Shown: positions 10,084 through 20,144, counted from the stretch's first letter. The stretch: 64,000 nt of DNA from Burkholderiales bacterium (GCA_035499575.1 DATJYN010000018.1:9191-73190); one strand, 5' to 3'. Notes: generated by a model not told the origin, from the letters alone. Made by a program: numbers and translations.

Positions 10084-10452
10084 TTAAAAAGCGAGGATGA
10101 GCAGCCAAACCGCGGCGACGTTGACGAGCGACAGCATCACTGCCGCGCTGCCGATGTCCTTGGCGCGCTTGGCAAGGTTGTGGTCGTCCAGCGACACGCG
10201 GTCCACGGTAGCCTCGACTGCGGAGTTGAGCAGTTCCACCACCAGCACCAGCAGCACGCTGCCCACCAGCAGCGCCCGTTCGACGCCCGTCGTGCCCAGC
10301 CACAGGCCGAGCGGCACCATGATCGCGGCAAGGAACAGTTCCTGGCGGAAGGCGTCCTCGTGGCGGGCGGCGGCGGACAGCCCGTCGATCGAATAGCCCG
10401 TGGCGTTGATCAGGCGCCGCAACCCGGTCTTGCCTTTATACGGGCTTTCCAT
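10084..10452 (-). CDS. dgkA: Diacylglycerol kinase
   Basis: 122 aa, three TM segments. DgkA signature ..RRLINATGYSIDGL..EDAFRQE..ELLNSAVEATVDR.. Confidence 0.9.
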   Translation of the reverse strand: MESPYKGKTGLRRLINATGYSIDGLSAAARHEDAFRQELFLAAIMVPLGLWLGTTGVERALLVGSVLLVLVVELLNSAVEATVDRVSLDDHNLAKRAKDIGSAAVMLSLVNVAAVWLLILAF

Positions 10453-10495
10453 CGCGGCGCCGAATGTAGCACGCGCCGGGGAAGCGGCGCGGCGC

Positions 10496-12580
10496 CTAGG
10501 CCGCCGGCGCGAGCGTGCGCAGCAGTTCTTCCTGCACCACGCGCGGCTTGCCGCGCCGCGAGGCGGGCGCCTCGTAGCCGCCTTCGGAATTCATGGTCCA
10601 CGCCTGGCTGACATCGTCGAGATAGGCCTGCAATCCCTCGCGGATGACGCGCTGCTTGAGCACCGGGTCGAGCACGGGAAAGGCGAGCTCGATGCGGCGG
10701 AAGAAATTGCGGTCCATCCAGTCCGCGCTGGACAAGTAGACGTCGTCGGCGCCCTCGTTGTGGAAGCAGAACAGGCGCGCATGCTCGAGGAAACGCCCGA
10801 CCACCGAGCGCACTCGGATGTTCTCCGACAGCCCCGCAACGCCCGGCCGCAGCGCGCAGACGCCGCGGACCAGAAGGTCGATCTGCACGCCGGCTTGCGA
10901 CGCGGCGTAAAGCTCCTCGATCAACTCGGGCTCCAGCAGCGCGTTCATTTTCGCCATCACGCGCGCGGGCCTGCCCTCCTTGGCGATACGAACCTCGTTG
11001 CGCACCGCGGCGACCACGCGCTTGTGCAGCGTGAAGGGCGACAGCCACAGGTACTTCATGCGGCTCGATTTGCCAAGTCCAGTGAGCTGCTTGAACACCT
11101 CGTTGACGTCCGAGCAGATTTCCTCGCGCGCAGTCAGCAGCCCGAAATCGGTGTACTGGCGCGCCGTGCGCGGATGGTAGTTGCCGGTGGCAAGGTGCGC
11201 ATAGCGCCGTAGCACGCTGCCCTGCGGGCCATCCTCACGGCGCACCACCAGCGCCATCTTGGCGTGCGTCTTGTGGCCGACGACACCGTAGACCACGTGC
11301 GCGCCGGCTTCCTCCAGGCGCGCGGCCCAGTTGATGTTCGCTTCCTCGTCGAAGCGCGCCATCAGCTCCACCACCACGGTCACTTCCTTGCCCTGACGCG
11401 CAGCTTCGATGAGGATGTCCATCAACTCCGAGTCCGTGCCGGTGCGGTAGACGGTCTGCTTGATTGCGATCACGCGCGGATCGGTCACCGAAGTACGAAT
11501 GAATTCGATCACCGGCATGAACGATTCGTAGGGATGGTGCAGCAGCACGTCCTGCTTTTTCAGCACCGCGAAAACGTCCTTCTGGCCTGCGAGCGCAAGC
11601 GGCAGCGCCGGCTGGAACGCCGGGTACTTCAGCTCGGGCTTCTCCACGCGATCAGTCACTTCACGCAGGCGATAGAGGTTCACCGGACCGTCCACACGGT
11701 AGAGGTCCGTTTCCGAGAGCCCGAACTGCTGCAGCAGGAATTCGACCGTTTGCTGCGAGCAGTTGTCGGCGACCTCCAGCCGCACTGCGTCGCCGAAGTG
11801 CCGATGCAGCAGTTCGCCCTGGATCGCGATGCGCATGTTCTTGATTTCCTCCTCGTCCACGAACAGGTCCGAGTTGCGCGTGACGCGGAACTGGTGGCAG
11901 CCCTTGACCTGCATGCCGGAGAACAGCTCGTCGACGTGCGCGTGCAGGATCGAGGACAGGAACACGAAGGCGTATTCGGCGCCGGCGACGTCGGCCGGCA
12001 GGCGGATCACGCGCGGCAGGGCGCGCGGCGCCTGCACGATCGCGGCACGCGACTTGCGGCCGAAGGAATCGCGCCCTTCCAGCTCGATGGCGAGGTTCAG
12101 GGATTTGTTCAGCACGCGCGGGAACGGGTGCGCCGGATCGAGGCCGATCGGCGTCAGCACCGGCAGCAGTTCGCGCATGAAGTAATCGCGGATCCAGGTG
12201 CGCTGCGCGTCGGTCCATTCCTCGCGCTTGGGGAAAATCACGCCCTGCTTCGCCATCGCCGGTAGCAGCACGCTGTTCAGCAGCCGGTATTGCTCGCCCA
12301 CCAGGGCGTGCGCCTGAGCCGAAACCAGCTCGAAAACCTCCGCCGGGCTGCGGCCATCCAAACCGGATTCCTTGATGCCCACCTTGACCTGTTCCTTCAG
12401 GCCGGCGACCCGGATCTCGAAGAACTCGTCCAGGTTGGAGGAGACGATGGTGAGGAAGCGCAGCCGTTCCAGCAGCGGCACCGAATCGTCCGCCGCCTGC
12501 GCCAGCACGCGCCGGTTGAATTCGAGCAGCCCGAGCTCGCGGTTCAGGAAATGCGATGGGGGAAGGTTCTTTTTGACCAT
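10496..12580 (-). CDS. ppk: Polyphosphate kinase 1
   Basis: 694 aa, full PPK1 architecture. N-terminal FLNRELGLLEFNRRVL and the phospho-His region VVGHKTHAKMALVVRR. Confidence 0.97.
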   Translation of the reverse strand: MVKKNLPPSHFLNRELGLLEFNRRVLAQAADDSVPLLERLRFLTIVSSNLDEFFEIRVAGLKEQVKVGIKESGLDGRSPAEVFELVSAQAHALVGEQYRLLNSVLLPAMAKQGVIFPKREEWTDAQRTWIRDYFMRELLPVLTPIGLDPAHPFPRVLNKSLNLAIELEGRDSFGRKSRAAIVQAPRALPRVIRLPADVAGAEYAFVFLSSILHAHVDELFSGMQVKGCHQFRVTRNSDLFVDEEEIKNMRIAIQGELLHRHFGDAVRLEVADNCSQQTVEFLLQQFGLSETDLYRVDGPVNLYRLREVTDRVEKPELKYPAFQPALPLALAGQKDVFAVLKKQDVLLHHPYESFMPVIEFIRTSVTDPRVIAIKQTVYRTGTDSELMDILIEAARQGKEVTVVVELMARFDEEANINWAARLEEAGAHVVYGVVGHKTHAKMALVVRREDGPQGSVLRRYAHLATGNYHPRTARQYTDFGLLTAREEICSDVNEVFKQLTGLGKSSRMKYLWLSPFTLHKRVVAAVRNEVRIAKEGRPARVMAKMNALLEPELIEELYAASQAGVQIDLLVRGVCALRPGVAGLSENIRVRSVVGRFLEHARLFCFHNEGADDVYLSSADWMDRNFFRRIELAFPVLDPVLKQRVIREGLQAYLDDVSQAWTMNSEGGYEAPASRRGKPRVVQEELLRTLAPAA

Positions 12581-12702
12581 GGCTACGGCGGGCGGGGAGC
12601 ACTGCTGCTTCCGCTAGCCTACACCAGAAATATTGCAGCTACGTGAAAGCGCCCGGACACGCCGTTTGCCGAGAAATCCGCAGAGTGTTAGTTTTCAAGG
12701 CG

Positions 12703-14214
12703 ATGGCACGCCCTGACTTGCTCGCTGCAGTCGATCTTGGTTCGAACAGTTTCCACCTGCAGGTCGGGCGCGTCGTCGGCGGCCAGATCTATCCCCTCGA
12801 TACCCTGCGCGAAGTCGTGCGCCTCGGCGCCGGCTTGACCTCGGAAAAACGCATCGACCGCGCCACCCAGGCGCGCGCGCTGGAAGCGCTCGAGCGCATC
12901 GGCGAACGGCTGCGCGGGCTGCCGCGCAGCGCGGTGCGCGCGGTCGGCACCAATACGCTGCGCGTGGCGAAGAACGCGCCGCAGTTCCTGCGCGAGGCGC
13001 GGGCTGCTCTTGGCTTCCCGATCGAAGTGATCGCCGGCCGCGAAGAAGCGCGCCTGATCTACCTCGGCGTCGCGCACTCCATGCCGCCGGCGCCGAAGAA
13101 GCGCCTGGTGGTCGACATCGGCGGCGGTTCGACCGAGTTCATCGTCGGCAAGGGGCTGGAACCGCTGCTTACCGAAAGCCTCTACATGGGCTGTGTCAGC
13201 TACAGCCTCGCCTACTTCCCCGAGGGCAGGGTGGACAAGGGGCGCATGAAGAAGGCGGAACTCGCTGCACGCCAGGAACTGGAAGGCATCGAGCACGAAT
13301 ACCGCGGCGCAGGCTGGGAAGAGACTGTCGGCTCCTCGGGCACGGCGCGCGCACTGGAAACGATCTTGCGCGAAAACGGCTTCACCGACGAAGGCATCAC
13401 GCTGGAGGGACTCGAGCAACTGAAGGCCCTGCTGATCAAGCACGAACGTGCCGACCCGGACCGCATTGCCGGCTTGCGCAAGGATCGAGTGCCGGTGCTG
13501 ACCGGCGGCCTCGCCATCATGCTCGCTGCGTTCTCGGAGCTGGGCATCGAGAAAATGGCGGTCTCGGAGGGCGCGCTGCGGCACGGCGTGCTCTACGATT
13601 TGCTCGGGCGGGTACAGCACCGTGACATGCGCGAAGCCACCGTGGCGCAGTTCATGCGGCGCTACCATGCGGACACGACGCAGGCCGAGCGCGTGCGGTC
13701 GCTGGCGCTGAAAATATTCGACGCGATGAACCCGGAAAAAGAGGAGCCGGACACCGACCGGCTGCTGCTCGACTGGGCGGCGCGCCTGGCGGAAATCGGG
13801 CTGTCGGTGGCGCACGCGCAGTATCACAAGCACTCCGCCTACATCCTGTCGAACGCCGACATGCCGGGTTTCTCGCGAATGGAGCAGCAGCGTCTCGCCC
13901 GCATCGTGCTCGCGCACCGCGGCAAACTCGGCAAGATGCGGGATGAGGGCCTCGAAGGCAGCGACTGGGCCCTGGTATTCGCGCTGCGCATCGCGGCTCT
14001 GGTGCTGCGCAACCGGACCGACGCGCGCTTCCCGATGCTGCGCGTCGCCGGCGACAAGACCGGCTACAGCGTCGACCTGCCGCAGGCCTGGCTGGAGGAG
14101 AACCCGCTCGCCGCGGCGGCGCTCGAAACCGAATCGGAGCGCTGGGAGGCCGTCGACCTGCGCTTCTCGGTCCACAGCCTGTCGGAAAAGAAGGTCGCCC
14201 AGCTACGCGGCTGA
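12703..14214 (+). CDS. ppx: Exopolyphosphatase / guanosine pentaphosphate phosphohydrolase family
   Basis: ORF 12643..14214 trimmed to ATG 12703: MARPDLLAAVDLGSNSFHLQV (ASKHA fold start). 503 aa, divergent from ppk. Confidence 0.93.
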   Translation: MARPDLLAAVDLGSNSFHLQVGRVVGGQIYPLDTLREVVRLGAGLTSEKRIDRATQARALEALERIGERLRGLPRSAVRAVGTNTLRVAKNAPQFLREARAALGFPIEVIAGREEARLIYLGVAHSMPPAPKKRLVVDIGGGSTEFIVGKGLEPLLTESLYMGCVSYSLAYFPEGRVDKGRMKKAELAARQELEGIEHEYRGAGWEETVGSSGTARALETILRENGFTDEGITLEGLEQLKALLIKHERADPDRIAGLRKDRVPVLTGGLAIMLAAFSELGIEKMAVSEGALRHGVLYDLLGRVQHRDMREATVAQFMRRYHADTTQAERVRSLALKIFDAMNPEKEEPDTDRLLLDWAARLAEIGLSVAHAQYHKHSAYILSNADMPGFSRMEQQRLARIVLAHRGKLGKMRDEGLEGSDWALVFALRIAALVLRNRTDARFPMLRVAGDKTGYSVDLPQAWLEENPLAAAALETESERWEAVDLRFSVHSLSEKKVAQLRG

Positions 14215-14221
14215 GTTGCCG

Positions 14222-14674
14222 CTAGAGCAGGTCCGGGGCCATCACCGCGCGCAGCACCGCCTGGTGCCTGCCGTCCCGCTCGCGGTCGCTGATCCACCAC
14301 AGGCCAGCCTTTTTCAGCGACCAATCTCCCTGAGCTCCGGAGAGCAGCATCGCTGCTACGCGGCCGAGATCGGGCTGATGTCCGACCACGACCACCGCGC
14401 CCTTGCGTGTTGGCCATCCCGCCGCTTCAAGGATGACCGCCGGGGCGGCGCCCGGCGCAAGGCGGTCCGAGATCCTGTATTTGACCCCGAGCGCGTCCGC
14501 AGTCTCGCGCGCGCGCCGCGCGGGACTGGCGACGACCTGGATGCGCGACGGCAGGCGCTTCATCAGCCACTCGCTCATGCGCGCGGCCTGCTTGTGGCCC
14601 TTGGCGGTGAGCTTCCTCTCGAGGTCGCGGCCGCCTTCTGCGGCATCCGCGTGACGCCAGAGAATCAGGTCCAC
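14222..14674 (-). CDS. sixA: Phosphohistidine phosphatase SixA
   Basis: 150 aa. N-terminal MDLILWRHADA (RHG/RHA histidine phosphatase motif) and VVVVGHQPDLG. Confidence 0.85.
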   Translation of the reverse strand: MDLILWRHADAAEGGRDLERKLTAKGHKQAARMSEWLMKRLPSRIQVVASPARRARETADALGVKYRISDRLAPGAAPAVILEAAGWPTRKGAVVVVGHQPDLGRVAAMLLSGAQGDWSLKKAGLWWISDRERDGRHQAVLRAVMAPDLL

Positions 14675-14678
14675 GAGC

Positions 14679-15923
14679 TCATCCTAAACCCGCCACGCGT
14701 TGCGCGACTGGTGCAAGGCGTGCGGCCGGGAACCGCGCGCTGAAGCGGCTGCCTTTGCCGGGCACGCTGTCGATCCCGAGCGCCGCCTGGTGCCTGGCCA
14801 GCGCATGCTTCACGATCGACAATCCCAGGCCGGTGCCGCCGGTCTCGCGCGAGCGGCCGCGGTCGACGCGGTAGAAACGCTCGGTGAGCCGCGGCAGGTG
14901 TTCCGCGTCGATGCCGATGCCGTTGTCCTGCACCGAGAACTCGCCGCCATCTTCCGCCGATTGCCAGCGCAGGCGGATTTCCCCGCCGGCGGGCGTATAT
15001 CTTACGGCGTTGCTGGCGAGATTCAGGAACGCGCTGGCCAGTTCCTTTTCCGCGCCGAGCAGGTCGTGGTCGCCTTTCATTTCCAGCGAAATCCGGTGCT
15101 TGCCGCCGGAGAGGGCCTCGGCCTCGGCGCGCACATTATGGAGAAGCGGACGCAGCGCGACGCGCGATGCGGTCGGCGGCGCCGGCGCATGCTCCAGCAC
15201 GGAGAGCGTCAGCAGGTCGTCGATCAGGTGCTTCATGCGCTCGGCCTGGGGCGCCATCAGGCCGACGTAGTCGCGCACGCGCCCGGCATCCAGCTTCAGG
15301 TCCTGGATGGTTTCCAGGAACCCCGCGAGTACGGTCAGCGGCGTGCGCAGCTCGTGCGACACGTTGGCGACGAAGTCGCGGCGCATTGCCTCCAGCCGCT
15401 CGGTACCGGTAACGTCCTGCGACAGCAGCAGGTGCTCTTCATCGCCGAAGGAGACGATCTGCAGCGATAGCGTGCGCCCGCCGCCGGGGGAATTTACGCG
15501 CGCCGGCTCGGAATAGTCCGCCGCGCGCAGGTAATCGACGAAGCCGGGACTGCGCACCATATTGACGATCGGCTGGCCGCGGTCGCGCTCGGGGTCGAGG
15601 CCGAGCTGGTCGCGCGCCGCGTCGTTGCACCAGTCCAGGCGGTAGTCGGCATCCAGCACGGCAACGCCATAGGGCAGCGCCTGCGCACCGCGCCGCGAGC
15701 GCACCATCAGCTGCGCCAGCTCACGGCGGCGCTTTAGCAGCGCGCGGCGATGGCGATGCAGCAGGTTGAATACCTCGCCCCAGCTGCCCTCGGCCTCCGG
15801 CGGATCGTTTAGGCGGGGCTGCGACGCCCAGTGCCGCAGCTTGCGAAACTCGCGGAACTGGCGGTAAAGCAGGACCGCGAGTATCGCTACCGCGAAGGCA
15901 AGGACCGCTTCCAGCCAAGTCAT
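14679..15923 (-). CDS. phoR: Phosphate regulon sensor histidine kinase PhoR
   Basis: N-terminal TM, PAS-like region, H-box FVANVSHELRTPLT, and N/G boxes NLASNAVRYT, DNGIGI and GTGLGLSIV. Directly follows phoB. Confidence 0.93.
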   Translation of the reverse strand: MTWLEAVLAFAVAILAVLLYRQFREFRKLRHWASQPRLNDPPEAEGSWGEVFNLLHRHRRALLKRRRELAQLMVRSRRGAQALPYGVAVLDADYRLDWCNDAARDQLGLDPERDRGQPIVNMVRSPGFVDYLRAADYSEPARVNSPGGGRTLSLQIVSFGDEEHLLLSQDVTGTERLEAMRRDFVANVSHELRTPLTVLAGFLETIQDLKLDAGRVRDYVGLMAPQAERMKHLIDDLLTLSVLEHAPAPPTASRVALRPLLHNVRAEAEALSGGKHRISLEMKGDHDLLGAEKELASAFLNLASNAVRYTPAGGEIRLRWQSAEDGGEFSVQDNGIGIDAEHLPRLTERFYRVDRGRSRETGGTGLGLSIVKHALARHQAALGIDSVPGKGSRFSARFPAARLAPVAQRVAGLG

Positions 15924-15933
15924 TGGCTGCCCG

Positions 15934-16641
15934 TCAGCTCCGGGTGGTGGCGGGAACGTCCGTGCGCAGGGAATAGCCGCTGCCGCGCACCGTCTCGATC
16001 AGCGCGTCATGGCCGGTGGGCGTAAGTCCCTGCCGCAGGCGCCTGATGTGGACGTCGACCGTGCGCTCCTCGATGAACACGTGGTCGCCCCAGACCTCGT
16101 CGAGCAGCTGCGCGCGAGAGTAGACGCGGTTGGGGTGCGTCATCAGGTAGTGCAGCAGCCGGAACTCGGTCGGCCCGAAGCTGAGCGGCTCGCCGTTGCC
16201 GGTCACGCGGTGCGCCAGCGGGTCGATGCGCAGCCCGGCGATTTCCACTGGCACGTCGCCGTGCTGCGGCTTCCTTCGGCGCAGCACCGCGCGGATGCGC
16301 GCCACCAGTTCCTTGGTGGAAAACGGCTTGGTGATGTAGTCGTCGGCACCCGCTTCCAGCCCGGCGATCTTGTCCGGTTCCTCGGCGCGCGCGGTAAGGA
16401 AGATCAGCGGCAACTCGCGCGTGCGCGCGTCGCCGCGCAAGCGCCGCGCCAGCGCCACGCCCGACTGCCCCGGCAGCATCCAGTCGAGCAGCACCACGTC
16501 GGGCAGGATATCGGAAAGCAGGCGGCCGGCGTCCTCCGCCGACCGCGCGCGCAGCGTTTCGTAGCCAGCGTGCTCCAGATTGACTGCAACCAGCTCGAGG
16601 ATTGCCGGTTCGTCCTCTACGATCATTACCGTGGCGGGCAT
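15934..16641 (-). CDS. phoB: Phosphate regulon response regulator PhoB
   Basis: REC domain (IVEDEPAI.., LLDWMLPG) plus an OmpR/PhoB winged helix (RTVDVHIRRLRQ). Confidence 0.95.
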   Translation of the reverse strand: MPATVMIVEDEPAILELVAVNLEHAGYETLRARSAEDAGRLLSDILPDVVLLDWMLPGQSGVALARRLRGDARTRELPLIFLTARAEEPDKIAGLEAGADDYITKPFSTKELVARIRAVLRRRKPQHGDVPVEIAGLRIDPLAHRVTGNGEPLSFGPTEFRLLHYLMTHPNRVYSRAQLLDEVWGDHVFIEERTVDVHIRRLRQGLTPTGHDALIETVRGSGYSLRTDVPATTRS

Positions 16642-16659
16642 GCGGCGGGGGCTTTCTTT

Positions 16660-17370
16660 CTATTTCTTGGCGATCTCGCGCTCGATATCGGCGAACGAGG
16701 TGTGGCGCACGTCGGTGCCCTTGACAATGTAAATCACCTGCTCGGCCACGTTCTTGGCGTGGTCGCCTATGCGCTCGATCGCCTTCGCCACCCAGACCGT
16801 TTCGACGGAAGTCGTGATGGTGCGCGGGTCTTCCATCATGTAGGTGATCAGCTGCCGCAGCACCGAGCGGAATTCGGCGTCGAGCTCCGAGTCTTCCTTG
16901 AGAACCTCGGCCGCGCTCGCCGCATCCAGGCGCGCAAAGGCGTCCAGCGCCTGGCGCAGCATCTTGACCGCGATCTGAGAGGCATGCCGGATCGCCGGAA
17001 AGCGCTGCGCGAGATGCGCGCTGCCTTCGTGGATCTTCTTCGCCATGCGGGCGATCTTCTTCGCCTCGTCGCCGACGCGCTCCAGGTCCGTCACGATCTT
17101 GCTGATCGCCATGATCAGGCGCAGGTCGCTCGCCGCGGGCTGGCGCTTGACGACGATGTGGTTGCAGGCGCCGTCAATCGCGACCTCGTAGCCATTGACG
17201 CGCGCATCGTTCTCGATGACCTGCTCGATCAGCGCCTGGTCGCCGGTGGAGAAAGCCTGGATCGCAGCCAGGATCTGCGCCTCCACCAGGCCGCCCATCT
17301 GCAGCACGCGCGTGCGCGTGGTATCGAGGTCGGTCTCGAACTGCTTGGAAATGTGCTCTGCGGTGCCCAT
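16660..17370 (-). CDS. phoU: Phosphate signalling complex protein PhoU
   Basis: 236 aa. Two PhoU repeats with E/DxxxD motifs (LERVGDEAKKIA, IERIGDHAKNVA). Confidence 0.95.
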   Translation of the reverse strand: MGTAEHISKQFETDLDTTRTRVLQMGGLVEAQILAAIQAFSTGDQALIEQVIENDARVNGYEVAIDGACNHIVVKRQPAASDLRLIMAISKIVTDLERVGDEAKKIARMAKKIHEGSAHLAQRFPAIRHASQIAVKMLRQALDAFARLDAASAAEVLKEDSELDAEFRSVLRQLITYMMEDPRTITTSVETVWVAKAIERIGDHAKNVAEQVIYIVKGTDVRHTSFADIEREIAKK

Positions 17371-17389
17371 GGCGCGTTTTCCTCGCGGT

Positions 17390-18256
17390 TTAGCCGAACC
17401 GGCCGGTGATGTAGTCCTCGGTCGCGGACTTCTTCGGCTTGATGAAGATGGTGTCGGTCACGTCGTATTCGATCAATTCGCCGAGGTACATGTAGGCGGT
17501 GAAATCGGAGACGCGCGCCGCCTGCTGCATGTTGTGGGTGACGATGACCACCGTATAGTCGTTCTTCAGCTCATGGATCAGTTCCTCGACCTTGGCGGTG
17601 GAGATCGGATCCAGCGCCGAGCAGGGCTCGTCGAGCAGCAGTACTTCCGGCTTGATGGCGATGCCGCGCGCGATGCACAGGCGCTGCTGCTGGCCGCCCG
17701 AGAGGCTCTGCCCGCTCTGCGAGAGCTTGCCCTTGACCTCGTTCCAGAGGGCGGCCCTGCCGAGCGCCCACTCGACGCGGTCATCCATCTCGCGCTTGCT
17801 CAAGTTCTCGAACAGGCGCACGCCGAAGGCGATGTTGTCGTAGATGGACATCGGGAACGGGGTCGGCTTCTGAAACACCATGCCGATCTTGGCGCGGATC
17901 AGCGAGACGTCCTGCTTGGTGGTCAGCAGGTTCTCGCCGTCCACCAGGATCTCGCCTTCGGCGCGCTGGTCCGGGTAGAGCGAGTACATGCGGTTGAAGG
18001 TGCGCAGCAGCGTCGACTTGCCGCAGCCCGACGGACCGATGAACGCGGTCACCTTGCCCTCCGGGATTTCCATGGTGACGTTCTTCAGCGCGTGGAAGCC
18101 GCCATAGTAGAAGTTAAGGTTCCTGATGCTCAGCTTGGACTTGAGCGAGGCGAGCGGAGCGGCATCGGGCGACGGATCGGCGCGCACCGCGGTGTGGATC
18201 ATCGGCCGGGACACGGCTTGGGCGGCGCTGGTTTCCATTTCGGGCATCCTTTGCAT
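17390..18256 (-). CDS. pstB: Phosphate ABC transporter ATP-binding protein PstB
   Basis: Walker [10 protein letters not shown] and signature LSGGQQQRL. Start set to ATG 18256 (TGATG junction with pstA); starts a few codons downstream are also possible. Confidence 0.93.
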   Translation of the reverse strand: MQRMPEMETSAAQAVSRPMIHTAVRADPSPDAAPLASLKSKLSIRNLNFYYGGFHALKNVTMEIPEGKVTAFIGPSGCGKSTLLRTFNRMYSLYPDQRAEGEILVDGENLLTTKQDVSLIRAKIGMVFQKPTPFPMSIYDNIAFGVRLFENLSKREMDDRVEWALGRAALWNEVKGKLSQSGQSLSGGQQQRLCIARGIAIKPEVLLLDEPCSALDPISTAKVEELIHELKNDYTVVIVTHNMQQAARVSDFTAYMYLGELIEYDVTDTIFIKPKKSATEDYITGRFG

Positions 18257-19134
18257 CAGTCGGTCTTCCGGAACAGCGCGCGCGCCAGGATATTCAGCAC
18301 CAGCACCGCGAGCGTGATCAGCGCGGCGCCGCCCCATGCGAGGCGGTGCCAGTTCTCGTAGGGGCTCATGGCGAACTGGAAGATCACCACCGGCAGGTTC
18401 GCCATCGGCGCGTTCAGGTTATTGGACCAGAACTGGTTGTTGAGCGCGGTGAACAGCAGCGGTGCAGTCTCGCCGCTGATGCGCGCGATCGCCAGCAGGA
18501 CGCCGGTGAGGATGCCCGTGCGCGCGGCGCGGTAGGTGATCATGGTGACCATCTTCCAGACGGGGCAGCCGAGCGCCATGGCCGCTTCCCGAAGCGTGTT
18601 GGGCACGAGCTTCAGCATGTCGTCGGTCGTGCGCACCACGACCGGGATCACCAGCAGCGCGAGCGCGATTGCGCCGGCCCAGGCCGAGAAGTGTCCGACT
18701 CGCGCCACGTAGACCGAGTAGACGAAAAGGCCGATGACGATCGACGGCGCGGACAGCAGGACGTCGTTCAGGAACCGGGTGGCGCTCGCCAGCCAGCCGG
18801 ACCGGCCGTACTCCGCGAGATAGGTTCCGGCGAGAATCCCAATCGGCGTACCGAGGAAGGTGCCGACCGAGACCATGACCAGGCTGCCGCCGATGGCGTT
18901 CGACAGCCCGCCGTCGGCACCGGGCGGCGGCGTCATCTGGTAGTACAGCGTCGCGCGCGCGAGCGCGGTACCGCCCTCGTAGAGAAGAACTCCAAGAATC
19001 CAGATCAGCCAGAACAGGCCGTACGCGAGCGCAAGGCTGGACACCGCAAGCAGGACAAAATTGACCAGCTTCCGGGAGCGGTAAATCCGGTTGCCGGCAT
19101 TGATCACGCCAGGCTTCTGGATCACGGCACTCAC
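18256..19134 (-). CDS. pstA: Phosphate ABC transporter permease PstA
   Basis: ORF 18256..20052 trimmed to GTG 19134 (GTGA overlap with the pstC stop). Permease EAA-type loop [14 protein letters not shown]. Confidence 0.92.
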   Translation of the reverse strand: MSAVIQKPGVINAGNRIYRSRKLVNFVLLAVSSLALAYGLFWLIWILGVLLYEGGTALARATLYYQMTPPPGADGGLSNAIGGSLVMVSVGTFLGTPIGILAGTYLAEYGRSGWLASATRFLNDVLLSAPSIVIGLFVYSVYVARVGHFSAWAGAIALALLVIPVVVRTTDDMLKLVPNTLREAAMALGCPVWKMVTMITYRAARTGILTGVLLAIARISGETAPLLFTALNNQFWSNNLNAPMANLPVVIFQFAMSPYENWHRLAWGGAALITLAVLVLNILARALFRKTD

Positions 19135-20144
19135 GAGCGCGTTCCCTCCCCCCTGGCAAGCCGAAGCAGCAGAAGCTTTGCCAGAGCCAGCACAATGGTG
19201 GTTATCAGGAAAAGTATCAATCCGAGCTCGATGAGCGCGGAAAAATACAAGTCGCCGACCGCCTCCGTGAATTCGTTGGCAAGGGCGGACGCAATACTGT
19301 TGCCCGGGGCCATGAGCGACGCGGCCAGGCGATTTGCATTGCCGATCACGAAGGTCACCGCCATGGTTTCGCCGAGGGCGCGCCCCAGGCCCAGCATGAT
19401 TCCGCCGATTACGCCGACCTTCGTATAGGGCAACACCACCCGCCAGACGACCTCCCAGGTCGTGGCACCGAGGCCGTAGGCCGACTCCTTCAGCATCGGC
19501 GGCACGATCTCGAACACGTCGCGCATCACCGCCGTGATGAAGGGAATCACCATGATTGACAGCACCACGCCGGCCGTGAGCATGCCGATGCCGATCGGCG
19601 GGCCGGCGAACAGCGCGCCGGCGAACGGCACGCTGCCGAGCGTCCTGATGAGCACCGGCTGGATGTAGGTCTGGAACAGAGGCACGAACACGAACAGGCC
19701 CCACATTCCATAGATGATCGAGGGAATCGCAGCGAGCAATTCTATCGCGGTGCCGAGCGGGCGCTTCAGCCAGGCGGGCGACAATTCGGTGAGAAATAGC
19801 GCGATCCCGAAACTGACCGGCACGCCGATCGCCATTGCCACCAGCGAAGTCACGAGCGTTCCAAAAATCGGCACCAGCGCGCCGAACTGCTCCTGCACCG
19901 GATCCCAGTCCGAGCTCCAGATGAACGAAAAGCCGTATTTCCGCAGCGTCAGCTGGCTGCCTATTGCCAGGGACGCGAGGATCGCCAACAGCAGGCTGAA
20001 GACGAGAAACGCGAAAAACCGCGTCAGCCACTCGAATGCCGTATCCATCCATGGCGCCGAGCGCGCCGGGCGGGAGCCTTGGGGATCGCTCGTCACGGTC
20101 GGGCTGATACCAGCTTGGGATCCGTTCAGCGTGCCAGCGGACAT
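19131..20144 (-). CDS. pstC: Phosphate ABC transporter permease PstC
   Basis: ORF 19131..20213 trimmed to ATG 20144 (MSAGTLNG). EAA-type loop [14 protein letters not shown]. Exact start uncertain. Confidence 0.9.
   Translation of the reverse strand: MSAGTLNGSQAGISPTVTSDPQGSRPARSAPWMDTAFEWLTRFFAFLVFSLLLAILASLAIGSQLTLRKYGFSFIWSSDWDPVQEQFGALVPIFGTLVTSLVAMAIGVPVSFGIALFLTELSPAWLKRPLGTAIELLAAIPSIIYGMWGLFVFVPLFQTYIQPVLIRTLGSVPFAGALFAGPPIGIGMLTAGVVLSIMVIPFITAVMRDVFEIVPPMLKESAYGLGATTWEVVWRVVLPYTKVGVIGGIMLGLGRALGETMAVTFVIGNANRLAASLMAPGNSIASALANEFTEAVGDLYFSALIELGLILFLITTIVLALAKLLLLRLARGEGTRS

Noticed and set aside
12688-14175. 495-aa minus-strand ORF opposite ppx, with similar cases at 16009..17409, 5187..6536, 32845..34353, 28844..30247, 30244..31608, 59395..60753, 34745..36025 and 43609..44574
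   Set aside because: Each is antisense to a gene with a clear family assignment and has the Arg/Ala/Gly/Pro-biased composition typical of non-coding frames in high-GC DNA. None shows domain-like sequence.
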